The notes below the pieces were generated by a model that saw nothing but the letters and a program-made list of their open reading frames with translations, was not told where the DNA came from and did no database searches. DNA of 64,000 bases, from contig CAVSTP010000004.1 in the NCBI GenBank assembly GCA_963730935.1, forward strand, positions 1,248,001-1,312,000, given 5' to 3'. This document shows positions 39,990 to 49,751 of this stretch, one piece after another; position 1 is the first letter of the stretch, and each line of letters starts with the position of its first letter. Both the position numbers and the translations under genes were made by a program. Source of the stretch: an uncultured Nitrospiraceae bacterium (GTDB lineage: Bacteria > Nitrospirota > Nitrospiria > Nitrospirales > Nitrospiraceae).

Positions 39990-41291
39990 TTGTCTGACAT
40001 GAATCCTCGGCTACGTTTCGGATTAGCAGTCCTCGCATTGGTTGCGACAGGTTCGCTCTACGCCGAAGGGGTCATCAAAACAGGATGGATTGAAGCGGCC
40101 CTTGTAATACCGATCGGTCTCTCTTTGGTGGCGCAGGGTTCATTAGCTCGCTACTTGCCGAACGTCATCATATCTATTACGGCCATCAGCTTATCGCTCA
40201 CAATTTTTGATCTCATCCTACGCCCGATCTTAGGTCATCACTTGCATTATACCCCTACAAATTTCTCACCTCACCGATATCCAGAACTGCCTATTGTAGC
40301 CCGATGGGATTACGACCAGATTCTCGAGATGGAAAGCTTTGGTGATCTGGCTGCTATGATCGGCGACCCTGCGCTACAAGAACGCCGGCGCATCGTGTTC
40401 CGGACGGACGAATTTGGCTTTCGCAACATCCCTCGGTCAGAACCGGCGAACGTGCTGATTCTGGGGGACTCATTCTCCGCAGGTACCGGGACGACCGATG
40501 AGGACACATTTCCACGTGTGTTGGAGAGCAATTACGGCTTTCGCGCCTATAATCTATCCTATCCCGGTGGACCCTATGATCAGTTTATTACTTTTGCCAT
40601 TGAATGGCCGAGGTTGAAGGTTACACCTCGACCGCACATGATTTGGACCTTTTTTACGGGCAATGATATGGACGATGCAGGAGGTGAAATTTGGGATATT
40701 TCACATCTGCCATGGCAGCACGGGATTGCTGCCTGGCGAGTCAAGTTCAAAACCTATCGGAATCGCTCCCCGCTTAATCAATGGATGGAAGCCCTGCGCA
40801 TAAGATTCAAGGGGAAATCGTCTGATGTGATTGTTCGACTCTCGCCCGACGGACAATCCGTTTTGTTTTTTAAGCCCCAAGAGCTATGGGGCAACCGGTC
40901 GCGACCGGAGGTGGAGCAGCACCCAAACTTCGAAAAGCTGAAACGGACGCTTACCGCTATGCGGGAGCTCACGACAGAACGCCAAGTCGACCTAACCGTC
41001 CTTGTATTTCCAACGAAGGGCGAAGTCTATCGATGGTTATTGGAAGCCAGGAATCCTCTGCCCGAGGATTCTCATGCTTCTGGGTTTGCCCAGGCCGTCC
41101 TTGAAGTTTGCCAGACGGCGAGCATCATGTGTCACGACACGAAGGCCTATCTGGTTTCGGAAGCCAGGCGACTTTACGACACAGAAGGTAAACTCTTGTG
41201 GTGGCGAGATGATACGCATATCGGCAAGTATGGTCATCGAGCAATTGCAAACTATATTGCCGATCGTGTGCTCAAAGTAGGGAGCCGATGA
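39990..41291 (+). CDS. Membrane-anchored SGNH (AlgX/AlgJ-like) protein
   Basis: Three N-terminal hydrophobic segments; LGDSFS, TGND, DTH; only convincing + strand gene. Confidence 0.8.
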   Translation: MSDMNPRLRFGLAVLALVATGSLYAEGVIKTGWIEAALVIPIGLSLVAQGSLARYLPNVIISITAISLSLTIFDLILRPILGHHLHYTPTNFSPHRYPELPIVARWDYDQILEMESFGDLAAMIGDPALQERRRIVFRTDEFGFRNIPRSEPANVLILGDSFSAGTGTTDEDTFPRVLESNYGFRAYNLSYPGGPYDQFITFAIEWPRLKVTPRPHMIWTFFTGNDMDDAGGEIWDISHLPWQHGIAAWRVKFKTYRNRSPLNQWMEALRIRFKGKSSDVIVRLSPDGQSVLFFKPQELWGNRSRPEVEQHPNFEKLKRTLTAMRELTTERQVDLTVLVFPTKGEVYRWLLEARNPLPEDSHASGFAQAVLEVCQTASIMCHDTKAYLVSEARRLYDTEGKLLWWRDDTHIGKYGHRAIANYIADRVLKVGSR

Positions 41292-41333
41292 TATTGATAT
41301 TGATTGGATTATTGGATTCACCTCGCTTCAATG

Positions 41334-42356
41334 TCAAATCTTGTGCACTTGCCGAATTTGGCGCATCGCGGCATTCACGACTTCCTCGACCGTGATCAGC
41401 TTCATGCAGTTATCCTCGCCTCGCCGGCAGGTTGGATGAAAACAGACCCGGCAATCAAGACCTTTGTAAATCGTTTCGGCCCGGCCGCTGCGCGGTCCCC
41501 ATTCCACCGGATTTGATGGGCCAAACAGACCGACCACCGGCGTTTCCACCGCGGCGGCGATATGCATGGCGCCGGTGTCGTTACCAACAAAGAGCGAGGA
41601 GCGTTTGAACAGCGCCGCCAGCGTTCTCACATCCGAACGGCCGGCGATGTTCAGCAGCCGGCTCTTTGCGTGATCGACGACCGCCTGCGTCAACACCACT
41701 TCCTGACGGCTTCCCGCCACGAGGACCTGGCAGCCGAAGCGATCGTTCAAGCGGTCAGCGACCTCCGCAAAACGCTCCGGCGGCCAGGCCTTGAACCAAT
41801 ATCGGGCGCCCGGTTGGATCACCACCCACGAGCGGTCCCTTGCGATGCCCAGCTGGGCGGCCAGTTGATCAACACGTGCGTCGTCCTCCGGCCCCAACCA
41901 GATCCGCGGAATGCGGTCTCGGGCCTCAATGCCCAATGGGGCAAGAGCCGCCAGGTCCCGCTCGATACGATGTGCCCCGGCGCCGCCCGTGACGACGGTG
42001 GTGTAACAGCGCCCGGTCCACCGCTGCTCGGCATTAAAGCCGATGCGAACGCCTGCGCCACTGATCCATGTGAGAAATGCCGCCCGATCGCCGTCGGTCA
42101 AATCTATGACGGTGTCAAACCGCCGGCGTCGAATGTCCAAGATGAAGCGGCTCTGCTGCAAGATCGAGCCGCGGTCCAACGGAAGAATCTCGTCCACGTG
42201 CGGGTTTCCTCGCAAGATATCTTCCGTGCCTCGGTTCACAAGGACGGTCAGGTGCGCCTCTGGATAAGCCGATTTGAGCGCATGGAGCGTCGGTGTCGCC
42301 AGGAGCACATCCCCTAAATAACGCAACTTGATGGCGAGAATATTCCGAGGGATCAT
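41334..42356 (-). CDS. GT9 heptosyltransferase (RfaQ/WaaQ III-like)
   Basis: LRYLGDVLL, QPGARYWFKAW, GNDTGAMHIAAA, LFGP. Confidence 0.85.
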   Translation of the reverse strand: MIPRNILAIKLRYLGDVLLATPTLHALKSAYPEAHLTVLVNRGTEDILRGNPHVDEILPLDRGSILQQSRFILDIRRRRFDTVIDLTDGDRAAFLTWISGAGVRIGFNAEQRWTGRCYTTVVTGGAGAHRIERDLAALAPLGIEARDRIPRIWLGPEDDARVDQLAAQLGIARDRSWVVIQPGARYWFKAWPPERFAEVADRLNDRFGCQVLVAGSRQEVVLTQAVVDHAKSRLLNIAGRSDVRTLAALFKRSSLFVGNDTGAMHIAAAVETPVVGLFGPSNPVEWGPRSGRAETIYKGLDCRVCFHPTCRRGEDNCMKLITVEEVVNAAMRQIRQVHKI

Positions 42357-42365
42357 GCCTGCGGT

Positions 42366-43469
42366 TTACCGTAAGAGTGAGGCATACAGGTCATAGGTTT
42401 GCAAGGCCGAGTGAGCCCAGGTGTACTCTCTGACCCGGGCAAACCCTTTCGCCTTGAGCGAGGCGCGCAAGGATTCGCTCTCGAACACTTCGATCATGCG
42501 GTCTGCGAGTTCACTGGCATTGTGCGGGTCGACGAGCAATGCCGCGTCCCCGGCCACTTCTCCCAGCGCGGTCGTCTTCGAGGTGATGACCGGCGCGCCG
42601 CACGCCATCGCTTCCAACACCGGCATGCCGAATCCTTCGTAGAGGGACGGGAACAGGAACAGATCGGCGTAGGAGTAGAGCAATTGCAAATCGTTCTGCG
42701 ACAAACGGCCGGGGCACAGCACCCGGTCGATCAGCCCGTACGACTTCGCCGTCGCCTCGTAGGAGCCAAACGAATGCGTGGGTGACCCTGCCAGGATGAG
42801 CGTTCTGCCTTCGAGATGCGGCCGTATGAGAGACGCCGCTTCGAGCACGAGACGGTGGTTTTTTCGGGGATCAGCGCCACCGACAAACAGGAGGAACCGG
42901 TCGGACGCGAGGCCGATCCGCTGCTTCAACGCCATGAACGCGCCGGCATCGTCCCGGCGGGAAAAGTCCTCGGACACACCGTTCGGAATCACCACAATCT
43001 GCTCGGCGGATAAGCCGAATAGTTCGATCAGCTCGCGGGCAGAGAACTTCGAGACGGTCACGACCTTTCGTGCGCGCCGGGCGGTCCGCTGCGTCTTGTA
43101 CGATGACAGTTTCTGCCCCAGCAATTTTGGGGAGTATTCCGGATATCGTTCGAGCCAGAGGTCGTGGATCGTGACGATGCCGCCATACCTTCCGACCGTA
43201 TGCATGCGGAAATTTGTCCCATGATACAGGTCCAGCTGATCGGTGCTCCCACGGCTTCTCATGGACCACTTCGAGGCGGTTACCCATCTGAGACGATCCG
43301 TTCCCGACCACCGCCGGGTTTCCTCAGGCGGATTCGAACCTGGTCTGATGTACGCGACAAAATCGACGCTGGGGTGAGCCGCTAACATTCCGCGCAATAA
43401 ATAGTAGGTATGCCAGCCGATTCCGCCGCGATCACCCACCAACGGACTGGCATCAAGGCCGATCTTCAT
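42366..43469 (-). CDS. GT4 glycosyltransferase
   Basis: TIHDL, PRKN, PSLYEGFGMPVLEAMACG. Confidence 0.9.
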   Translation of the reverse strand: MKIGLDASPLVGDRGGIGWHTYYLLRGMLAAHPSVDFVAYIRPGSNPPEETRRWSGTDRLRWVTASKWSMRSRGSTDQLDLYHGTNFRMHTVGRYGGIVTIHDLWLERYPEYSPKLLGQKLSSYKTQRTARRARKVVTVSKFSARELIELFGLSAEQIVVIPNGVSEDFSRRDDAGAFMALKQRIGLASDRFLLFVGGADPRKNHRLVLEAASLIRPHLEGRTLILAGSPTHSFGSYEATAKSYGLIDRVLCPGRLSQNDLQLLYSYADLFLFPSLYEGFGMPVLEAMACGAPVITSKTTALGEVAGDAALLVDPHNASELADRMIEVFESESLRASLKAKGFARVREYTWAHSALQTYDLYASLLR

Positions 43470-44602
43470 TCACGCTCCCGACCGGCATTCAGCACCTGAG
43501 CATACAGGTGCTGCACGGCCGAGACTGACGCCGTTACATTGAACCGCTCACGAGCCACTTGGGCACCGCGTTCCCCCAAGGCTTTCCTCCGGACGTCATC
43601 GTGCAGCAACAATAGGATCGCAGCGCTTAGCTCCTCGGGATGATCGGCGGGTACGAGCAATCCGGTGCTTCCATCGTCGACCACTTCAGGCAATCCGCCA
43701 ACCCTGGTCGCGACAACCGCCTTTCCGGCGGCGAGCGCTTCCACGACCGCAATGCCGAACCCTTCCATCCTCGCAGGATGAACATACAGCGACAACGCCG
43801 ACAGGAACGGCGTGACGTCATCCTGAAAGCCGACGAAATGGACGTGGTCCGCGATCCCAAGCCTCACGGCCAAGCTTTTCAGCTGTTGCTCATAGGCATC
43901 TTCGCCGGTACCGACAATCACATAGTGCACCGCGGCAACTTCTTGAATGATCCTGGGCAGCGCCCGGAGCATCACGTCGTACCCCTTGCGGGGAAACACA
44001 TGAGCGACTGTCCCTAACAGCACCGCATCGACAGGCAGGCCCAATGCACGACACACCGCCGTCCGGTCGACTGCCGGCACGTCTTTCGATAACTGAAGGC
44101 CGCTATAGATGGTCCGGACGGACTTCTGCGCCACGCCTCCGGCGATCAGAGCCTGCTCAACTTGCCTGGAAATGGCGATCACCCCATCGGCTGACTCGAG
44201 ACAGTATCGTTTCACCTTCTCAGGCTCGATCTCCTGGCGCACGTGCGCCACGACCGGCCTTCTCGATCCGGAAGTCGCGTCCACGGCGCCGATCGTATGA
44301 GGCACCCACCAGATATCGTTGACATGGATGAGCGCCGGCGCAAGCTGCGTGACCAGCGCGCGCACGTTCCGGACGTCCCGCCAGCGAATAAATGGTGAAT
44401 ACCATTTCCGCCAAGGCCCCAGGACGAGGGGATGCACCGCCGTGCCTTGTTTGGCCAGGCTGCCGGACAGCGGCGTTTCAGGAGGGCAGGCGACGTGGGG
44501 TTCCCACTCATCCCGATCGAGCGCACGGAGCATCGCCAACAAATCGCGCTCGGCCCCGCCGATTCCGCCGATGCCGTGGATATACAGAATCCGTCTCGCC
44601 AC
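43466..44602 (-). CDS. GT4 glycosyltransferase
   Basis: GGAERD, RKGYD, EGFGIAVVEA. Confidence 0.9.
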   Translation of the reverse strand: MARRILYIHGIGGIGGAERDLLAMLRALDRDEWEPHVACPPETPLSGSLAKQGTAVHPLVLGPWRKWYSPFIRWRDVRNVRALVTQLAPALIHVNDIWWVPHTIGAVDATSGSRRPVVAHVRQEIEPEKVKRYCLESADGVIAISRQVEQALIAGGVAQKSVRTIYSGLQLSKDVPAVDRTAVCRALGLPVDAVLLGTVAHVFPRKGYDVMLRALPRIIQEVAAVHYVIVGTGEDAYEQQLKSLAVRLGIADHVHFVGFQDDVTPFLSALSLYVHPARMEGFGIAVVEALAAGKAVVATRVGGLPEVVDDGSTGLLVPADHPEELSAAILLLLHDDVRRKALGERGAQVARERFNVTASVSAVQHLYAQVLNAGRERE

Positions 44603-45393
44603 TAGCTGGAATCCTGAACGACGCGGGACGCTGATGTCATGTCCCACAATTTGGCATACTTGACGAAGGTATACATGCCGGCAAACACCGACACGATGAG
44701 TCCCCTGACGCCATCGCGGAATCCCTGCTTCAGCACATAGCTCTTCACGAACACGATGAGCGGCCGGACGACGAGGTCACCGGCGTAAACGGCTCGAACC
44801 GTCCGGCCTTTGTCTTGTGCCGCCAGCGTCGTGTAGAGGCCGAACTTCTTGAAATGATCTCGAATCTTGGGCTCGGTGAAATGGTCCATCGGATTGGCGA
44901 GCTTCCCGATCGCACCCTGGACGATCAGGTTTTCATGCACCGGCACATCGTTGTATCTGGCGTGGCCGCGCCGGACGAGACGGATTTGGTAGTCGGGGTA
45001 CACTCCGGCGTGACGGACCCACGCCCCATAGAAATAGTTCCTGCGGGGAATTTCATAGGCCACCGGATCTCCCGTCTTCCATGCAGCGATTCGAGACAGG
45101 ATTTCGGTCTGAAGAGCTGCAGGGATGCGCTCGTCGGCATCCACGATGAGGACCCATTCGCCTGCGACCTGGTCCATGGCGTAGTTTTTTTGGGCGCCGA
45201 AGCCTGGCCAGGGCCGAACGATGACCTTCGCGCCGGCCGCACGTGCCAGGTCGGCGGTCCGATCGCTGCTCTCAGCATCCACGACGATCCGCTCGGGGGC
45301 CCAGGCGATCGACGCGAGGCAGTCCCGAATGTTAGCCTCCTCGTTTTTCGTGATCATCACGCAGGCGAGAGAAGTTTCCACCCGTGCGCTCAC
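44602..45393 (-). CDS. GT2 glycosyltransferase (WaaE/KdtX-like)
   Basis: ITKNEE, WPGFGAQKN, VDADE, YPDYQIRL, VHE. Confidence 0.88.
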   Translation of the reverse strand: MSARVETSLACVMITKNEEANIRDCLASIAWAPERIVVDAESSDRTADLARAAGAKVIVRPWPGFGAQKNYAMDQVAGEWVLIVDADERIPAALQTEILSRIAAWKTGDPVAYEIPRRNYFYGAWVRHAGVYPDYQIRLVRRGHARYNDVPVHENLIVQGAIGKLANPMDHFTEPKIRDHFKKFGLYTTLAAQDKGRTVRAVYAGDLVVRPLIVFVKSYVLKQGFRDGVRGLIVSVFAGMYTFVKYAKLWDMTSASRVVQDSS

Positions 45394-46412
45394 GACGGGG
45401 ACCCGCCTGTCTGCCACGCGCCCGCTCCCAGGGTCTGGAATTGACGGCGGTGCAGTTCGACGATCTTTTCTGGGCGCACGTACAGCCACCGCCAGGACAG
45501 CGCGCGCTCGAATTCCCGCATCAACTTTTCCAGCGGTTTGCCGACGTGACGCTGCATGAGCTCCGCAAACGAACGCCTTCCCGATACCGGCCGGAAGTAG
45601 TTGGACTTGTACCATAACCGTTCTTGCTCTTCTTGCGACCATTTGTCGTGGATCGAGAGCCGGGGGTGTGTACAGGCAAATGGCTCCCGCTTGCCTTTGA
45701 CGGTCGCTCGAATAAAGTGATGCACAAAGCTGCCTCCGAAAATCTTGCAGCGTGTGACATCTCCGAGTTCGTCCTCACGCTTCCGAAGCGTGTAGTAGAG
45801 GTCCCAATCGGCCGCTTGAACACGTTCGTCGAGAAATCCGATTTTCTCCAATGTAGATCGCCTGATCATGACGCAGGAACCGTTGAGCCCGTCGAAGAGG
45901 ATCTCTGAGAAGTTTTGATAGACATGACTGCAGAAGGCTTCCCAGTCGCCATACATCGCCCGAATCTTGTCGTGAAGTTGCGCAGCGGTTTTGCCCGACG
46001 AGAGTCGACCCTGCCCGATCGTGGCCCAGCGCGCTTGGATCCAATCCGTCAAGGCCGGGGTCGGCATCATTTCCAGCCCCAACGGGGTAATGGCATCCAG
46101 ACGGAAACGTTCCACTGCCTCGATCAGCCGCCCGTTCCAGTTCGGCCCGACATAAAGATCGTTGTTGATATGACAGACGTAGTCTCCCGTCGAATTGCGG
46201 GTCCCGAGATTCATGGACTCGGGATAACACAAATTCGCGGCATTCCGAACGACACGGCACCCCTGCGACTCGAAAAACTCCGCGGAGCCGTCCGTGGAAT
46301 GATTATCGATGACCACAACTTCATAGGGACCGGTCGTGTACTTGCGGATGCCCTGCAAAAAGAGCTGATTGTGGCCGATTTGATTGTGCACGGCGACGAT
46401 CACGCTCAGCAT
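45390..46412 (-). CDS. GT2 glycosyltransferase
   Basis: VIDNHSTDG, NLG, HINND, FLDE. Confidence 0.85.
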   Translation of the reverse strand: MLSVIVAVHNQIGHNQLFLQGIRKYTTGPYEVVVIDNHSTDGSAEFFESQGCRVVRNAANLCYPESMNLGTRNSTGDYVCHINNDLYVGPNWNGRLIEAVERFRLDAITPLGLEMMPTPALTDWIQARWATIGQGRLSSGKTAAQLHDKIRAMYGDWEAFCSHVYQNFSEILFDGLNGSCVMIRRSTLEKIGFLDERVQAADWDLYYTLRKREDELGDVTRCKIFGGSFVHHFIRATVKGKREPFACTHPRLSIHDKWSQEEQERLWYKSNYFRPVSGRRSFAELMQRHVGKPLEKLMREFERALSWRWLYVRPEKIVELHRRQFQTLGAGAWQTGGSPS

Positions 46413-47047
46413 CGCGAGTGCTCCCCCTCTTGCTTGACGGCAAATTTGAATTCATCCTTCCAATGGAGGACGGTGTAGCTGCATTCCCGGGGCAGTACCC
46501 CCTGCAGCTGATTCAGATCCTTCATGGTGCCGTAAATGCGTTTGATGAACTGTCCGTGACGGCATTCACAGAAGTCATCGATGGAACGGCTCGTCTTGGG
46601 CTCGAACGTCAACGTATCGGCCTCTCCGAGATAGACAAACCAGCGGTGGAACGACCAACCACGCTCCTGGTGGGGGTAGTTGTACCCCTGCTCGTAGAAC
46701 GGACTGGGCGTCTCGATATATCCGGCCCGTGCGATGCGCATCAGTTCCTTGCAAGCGGATGCCGGGTCTTGCGTATGCTCGAGCACATGGGAGGCATACA
46801 CGTAGTCAAACGATTTGTCCTTGAACGGGAGGGCTTCGACCGTCGCGAGTAGCAACGGTAGCCCTAGGTGTTGGATCGGTTTCCCTCGCTCGGCATCGTC
46901 TTCGGGAAGGAGGTCAACCAAGTGCGTCGCGTCGTCATGCGGACGATGACCGGACCCGACGTCCAGGACGCGTCGTCCTGACGGCTCACTGAACCTCCGC
47001 CTCACGCGAACCTTCCAACGGCGGATGGCGTTGGCGAATCCCATCAA
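46406..47047 (-). CDS. Class I SAM methyltransferase-like protein
   Basis: VLDVGSG, LPFKDKSFDYVYASHVLEH, GYIETP. Confidence 0.82.
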   Translation of the reverse strand: MMGFANAIRRWKVRVRRRFSEPSGRRVLDVGSGHRPHDDATHLVDLLPEDDAERGKPIQHLGLPLLLATVEALPFKDKSFDYVYASHVLEHTQDPASACKELMRIARAGYIETPSPFYEQGYNYPHQERGWSFHRWFVYLGEADTLTFEPKTSRSIDDFCECRHGQFIKRIYGTMKDLNQLQGVLPRECSYTVLHWKDEFKFAVKQEGEHSRC

Positions 47048-47094
47048 AAGGCTCCATCTGTAAGCCTGCGCAGGGCGACGATCATGCGCGGTTG

Positions 47095-47865
47095 CTACCG
47101 GACAAACAACGAGGATTGTCCGTATTTACGAAAGACATCCCGGGACTTGGGAAACTGCTGAGGAAGACGCCGAACTCTACCCGCGCGCAGCAGATCGTTG
47201 CAATTGGCAATGAGCGCGCGCCGCATCCCGACGAAGCGGCATGGCCTCCCCTCCTTCCGGCAGTCCACTTGGTGATCGCGCGCCTCGACTTGAAACGACG
47301 TCTTCCAATAGAACACGGTGGTTTTCGACGACCGTCGAAAAAAATGCTGGGCTTGGCTGAAATCCAGCGATTCGTAAAATTCATGGAGAAACTGGCCGTC
47401 CGGACAAGAGCAAAACCGTCTCACCTCTTCCACCGACTTCGGCTCAAATACGAGCAGCCCCGGAGACGGTGAAAACACGAACCACCGGTGGAACCAATGC
47501 TCCGGTGAGCTCTCATCCTGGAGCGCGAGGCCCTGCTCAAGAAAAGGAGAAGGGGTCTCAATATAGCCTGCCCTCCCGACGCGCATGAGTTCCCGGCAAG
47601 CCGCCGTCGGGTTTTCCACATGCTCGAGCACGTGCGACGCATAGACGAAATCGAACGAGGCTGCGGCGAAGGGGAGGACCGTCGCTTCGCCGACAATCAG
47701 TTTGGCAGCGGTCGGCACCAGCAGGGCATTGCCGCCTCGTTCGCGTCCGTCCGCAATATCCCGCTCCAAGAGGTGCGTCACGCCGGCAAAGGGGTTGTGT
47801 CCTGGACCAATCTCCAAGACGCGACGCGCGAAATAGGGCCTTCTCCACCAGGGCAAGCGTTTCAT
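47095..47865 (-). CDS. Class I SAM methyltransferase-like protein (paralog of 46406-47047)
   Basis: VLEIGPG, SFDFVYASHVLEH, GYIETPSPF, HRWFV. Confidence 0.82.
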   Translation of the reverse strand: MKRLPWWRRPYFARRVLEIGPGHNPFAGVTHLLERDIADGRERGGNALLVPTAAKLIVGEATVLPFAAASFDFVYASHVLEHVENPTAACRELMRVGRAGYIETPSPFLEQGLALQDESSPEHWFHRWFVFSPSPGLLVFEPKSVEEVRRFCSCPDGQFLHEFYESLDFSQAQHFFRRSSKTTVFYWKTSFQVEARDHQVDCRKEGRPCRFVGMRRALIANCNDLLRAGRVRRLPQQFPKSRDVFRKYGQSSLFVR

Positions 47866-47881
47866 GAGGGTCGAATGGTCG

Positions 47882-48727
47882 TTACCCGCGAAACCCCCTG
47901 CGGGCGATTTCACGATAAAACCGCCAATTGAGCCAGCGGCTTCGCCTCGTGCCCCACCGGCGGGCCTTGACGACGCGCGCGTGCATCACGGCAGGATGGC
48001 GCCCCTTAAATGTCTTCAAGATCGCATAGTCCTCGAATCGAAAGGCGTCACCCGTCAACTCTTTGGCCGCCGCAGGTGGGAGATTCGCACCATGATACAC
48101 GGACGCCTGTTCCCGTTTTTTCTCGAGCATGGTCTTGGGATCCTTTACCCAGCCGTAATGAAACATCCTAGCCCCGGAATAGGCGAGCCACTCCTTTGGA
48201 CCGCTTTGCAAATATTGTTTGGTAGCCTTGAAATGAAATCCCACCGCGTCGCCGCATGACTCCATTTCTCCGTTGTTTCGAATGATGCGGACCGCCTTGT
48301 GATAGAACCAAGGATTCGTCGACCAGTAATCGGCGATGAAATGCAGATAGCGGAAGAGGAGACCTTTCACCATCGGATTGCTGGCATGCTCGGCCATGGA
48401 CCGCCTGAGCACCGGCAGATCGTCTTCGTGCAAGATTTCATCGGCCTGAATGTAGAACGCCCAGTCGCCCGTACAGTGACTAAGCGCGATATTGGTCTGC
48501 TGTGAATAAATCAACCCGTCTCTGCGCAGCGATTCATCCCATACCGATTCCACGATCTTGATCCTGGCATCCCCGATCGACTGAATGAGCTCGAGTGTCC
48601 CGTCCTCGCACCGGCCGACGTTCACGATGAATTCGTCGCACAAGGGCAGCGCAGACTTGATCGACTCCACCAGGGGATAATCGTATTTCACTGCGTTGCG
48701 GCAGAAAGTGAACCCGCTGACGGTCAT
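47882..48727 (-). CDS. GT2-like glycosyltransferase
   Basis: SGFTFCRNA, IQADE, FHYGWV. Confidence 0.8.
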   Translation of the reverse strand: MTVSGFTFCRNAVKYDYPLVESIKSALPLCDEFIVNVGRCEDGTLELIQSIGDARIKIVESVWDESLRRDGLIYSQQTNIALSHCTGDWAFYIQADEILHEDDLPVLRRSMAEHASNPMVKGLLFRYLHFIADYWSTNPWFYHKAVRIIRNNGEMESCGDAVGFHFKATKQYLQSGPKEWLAYSGARMFHYGWVKDPKTMLEKKREQASVYHGANLPPAAAKELTGDAFRFEDYAILKTFKGRHPAVMHARVVKARRWGTRRSRWLNWRFYREIARRGFRG

Positions 48728-48773
48728 CCGCCCTCACCTCTCTTCATGGTCATGGACCACTCACATCCAGGCG

Positions 48774-49562
48774 TCATGATTTCGTCAGTTCCCAGAATTT
48801 GGCGTACTTCATAAAGGTGTAATAGCCATAGAGACCGGAAAGAATCAACCCCGGCATCCCGTCGAGAAACCCGCGCCGCAAGCCGTACATCTTGAGAAAC
48901 GCCCCTATGGGGTGCGTCACCAATTGATGGCCCCTGAACCGGCGCGCCTCCTCGACCATGCGCCTGGCCATCAGGTCGGAGTATCTGTCCTGTTTGGCAA
49001 TGTAGTGGTCGATGTCCCGGAAGGGGTACTGCAGTGCCGGTTGCGAGAGGTATCCGATTGGCCCGTCACAATCAAAACTTTCATGCACGAGTTCCTGACG
49101 ATAGCGCAACCTTCCCTTTCGAAAGAGCTGCGGCTGACGGTAATCGGGATACCAGCCGCAATGCTTGATCCAGCGCCCCAGAAAAAAATTCTTGCGCGGG
49201 ACGAAATAGGCGTCGGCCGCAGTCGGCTGTTCGAGCACGTGGCGGATTTCTTCCTGCAGGGCCGGGGTCATCCGTTCGTCCGAATCGAGGCTAAAGATCC
49301 ATTCCTGCGAGCAATAGGTCAAGGCTTGGTTACGGAGCGCGCCGAAACCCGCGAAATCCACCTGATACACCTTGGCGGTAAACTCGGCCGCGATGGCCGC
49401 TGTCCGGTCGGTGCTGTGCGAGTCCACGACGATCAGTTCCGCGCCCCACCCCGCGATCGAGGCCAGGCAGGCGCGCATGTTCGGCTCGTCGTTATAGGCG
49501 ATCACGTACACGGATATGGGGAGCGAGCGGCCGGTCACACCTTGAACCCGAATTCCTTCCAC
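48774..49562 (-). CDS. GT2 glycosyltransferase (WaaE-like)
   Basis: IAYNDE, VDSHSTD, LDSDE, WYPDY, VHE. Confidence 0.88.
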   Translation of the reverse strand: MEGIRVQGVTGRSLPISVYVIAYNDEPNMRACLASIAGWGAELIVVDSHSTDRTAAIAAEFTAKVYQVDFAGFGALRNQALTYCSQEWIFSLDSDERMTPALQEEIRHVLEQPTAADAYFVPRKNFFLGRWIKHCGWYPDYRQPQLFRKGRLRYRQELVHESFDCDGPIGYLSQPALQYPFRDIDHYIAKQDRYSDLMARRMVEEARRFRGHQLVTHPIGAFLKMYGLRRGFLDGMPGLILSGLYGYYTFMKYAKFWELTKS

Positions 49563-49751
49563 GACCAGATCTTGTTTTGATTAAGCACGGTATTGGAAGC
49601 CACATACAGCGAAAGCAGGCGGCGGTATCGATGCACGATCGCAGGATTCCCCGCATCGAGGACAACGGGAGGTGCGTTCAGATCGAGATCGGATCGGCGG
49701 ACGGTCTGGCTCTCAGGTCGTTGTTTTCGCCGGTGGGAAGGAAAGAGGCTT

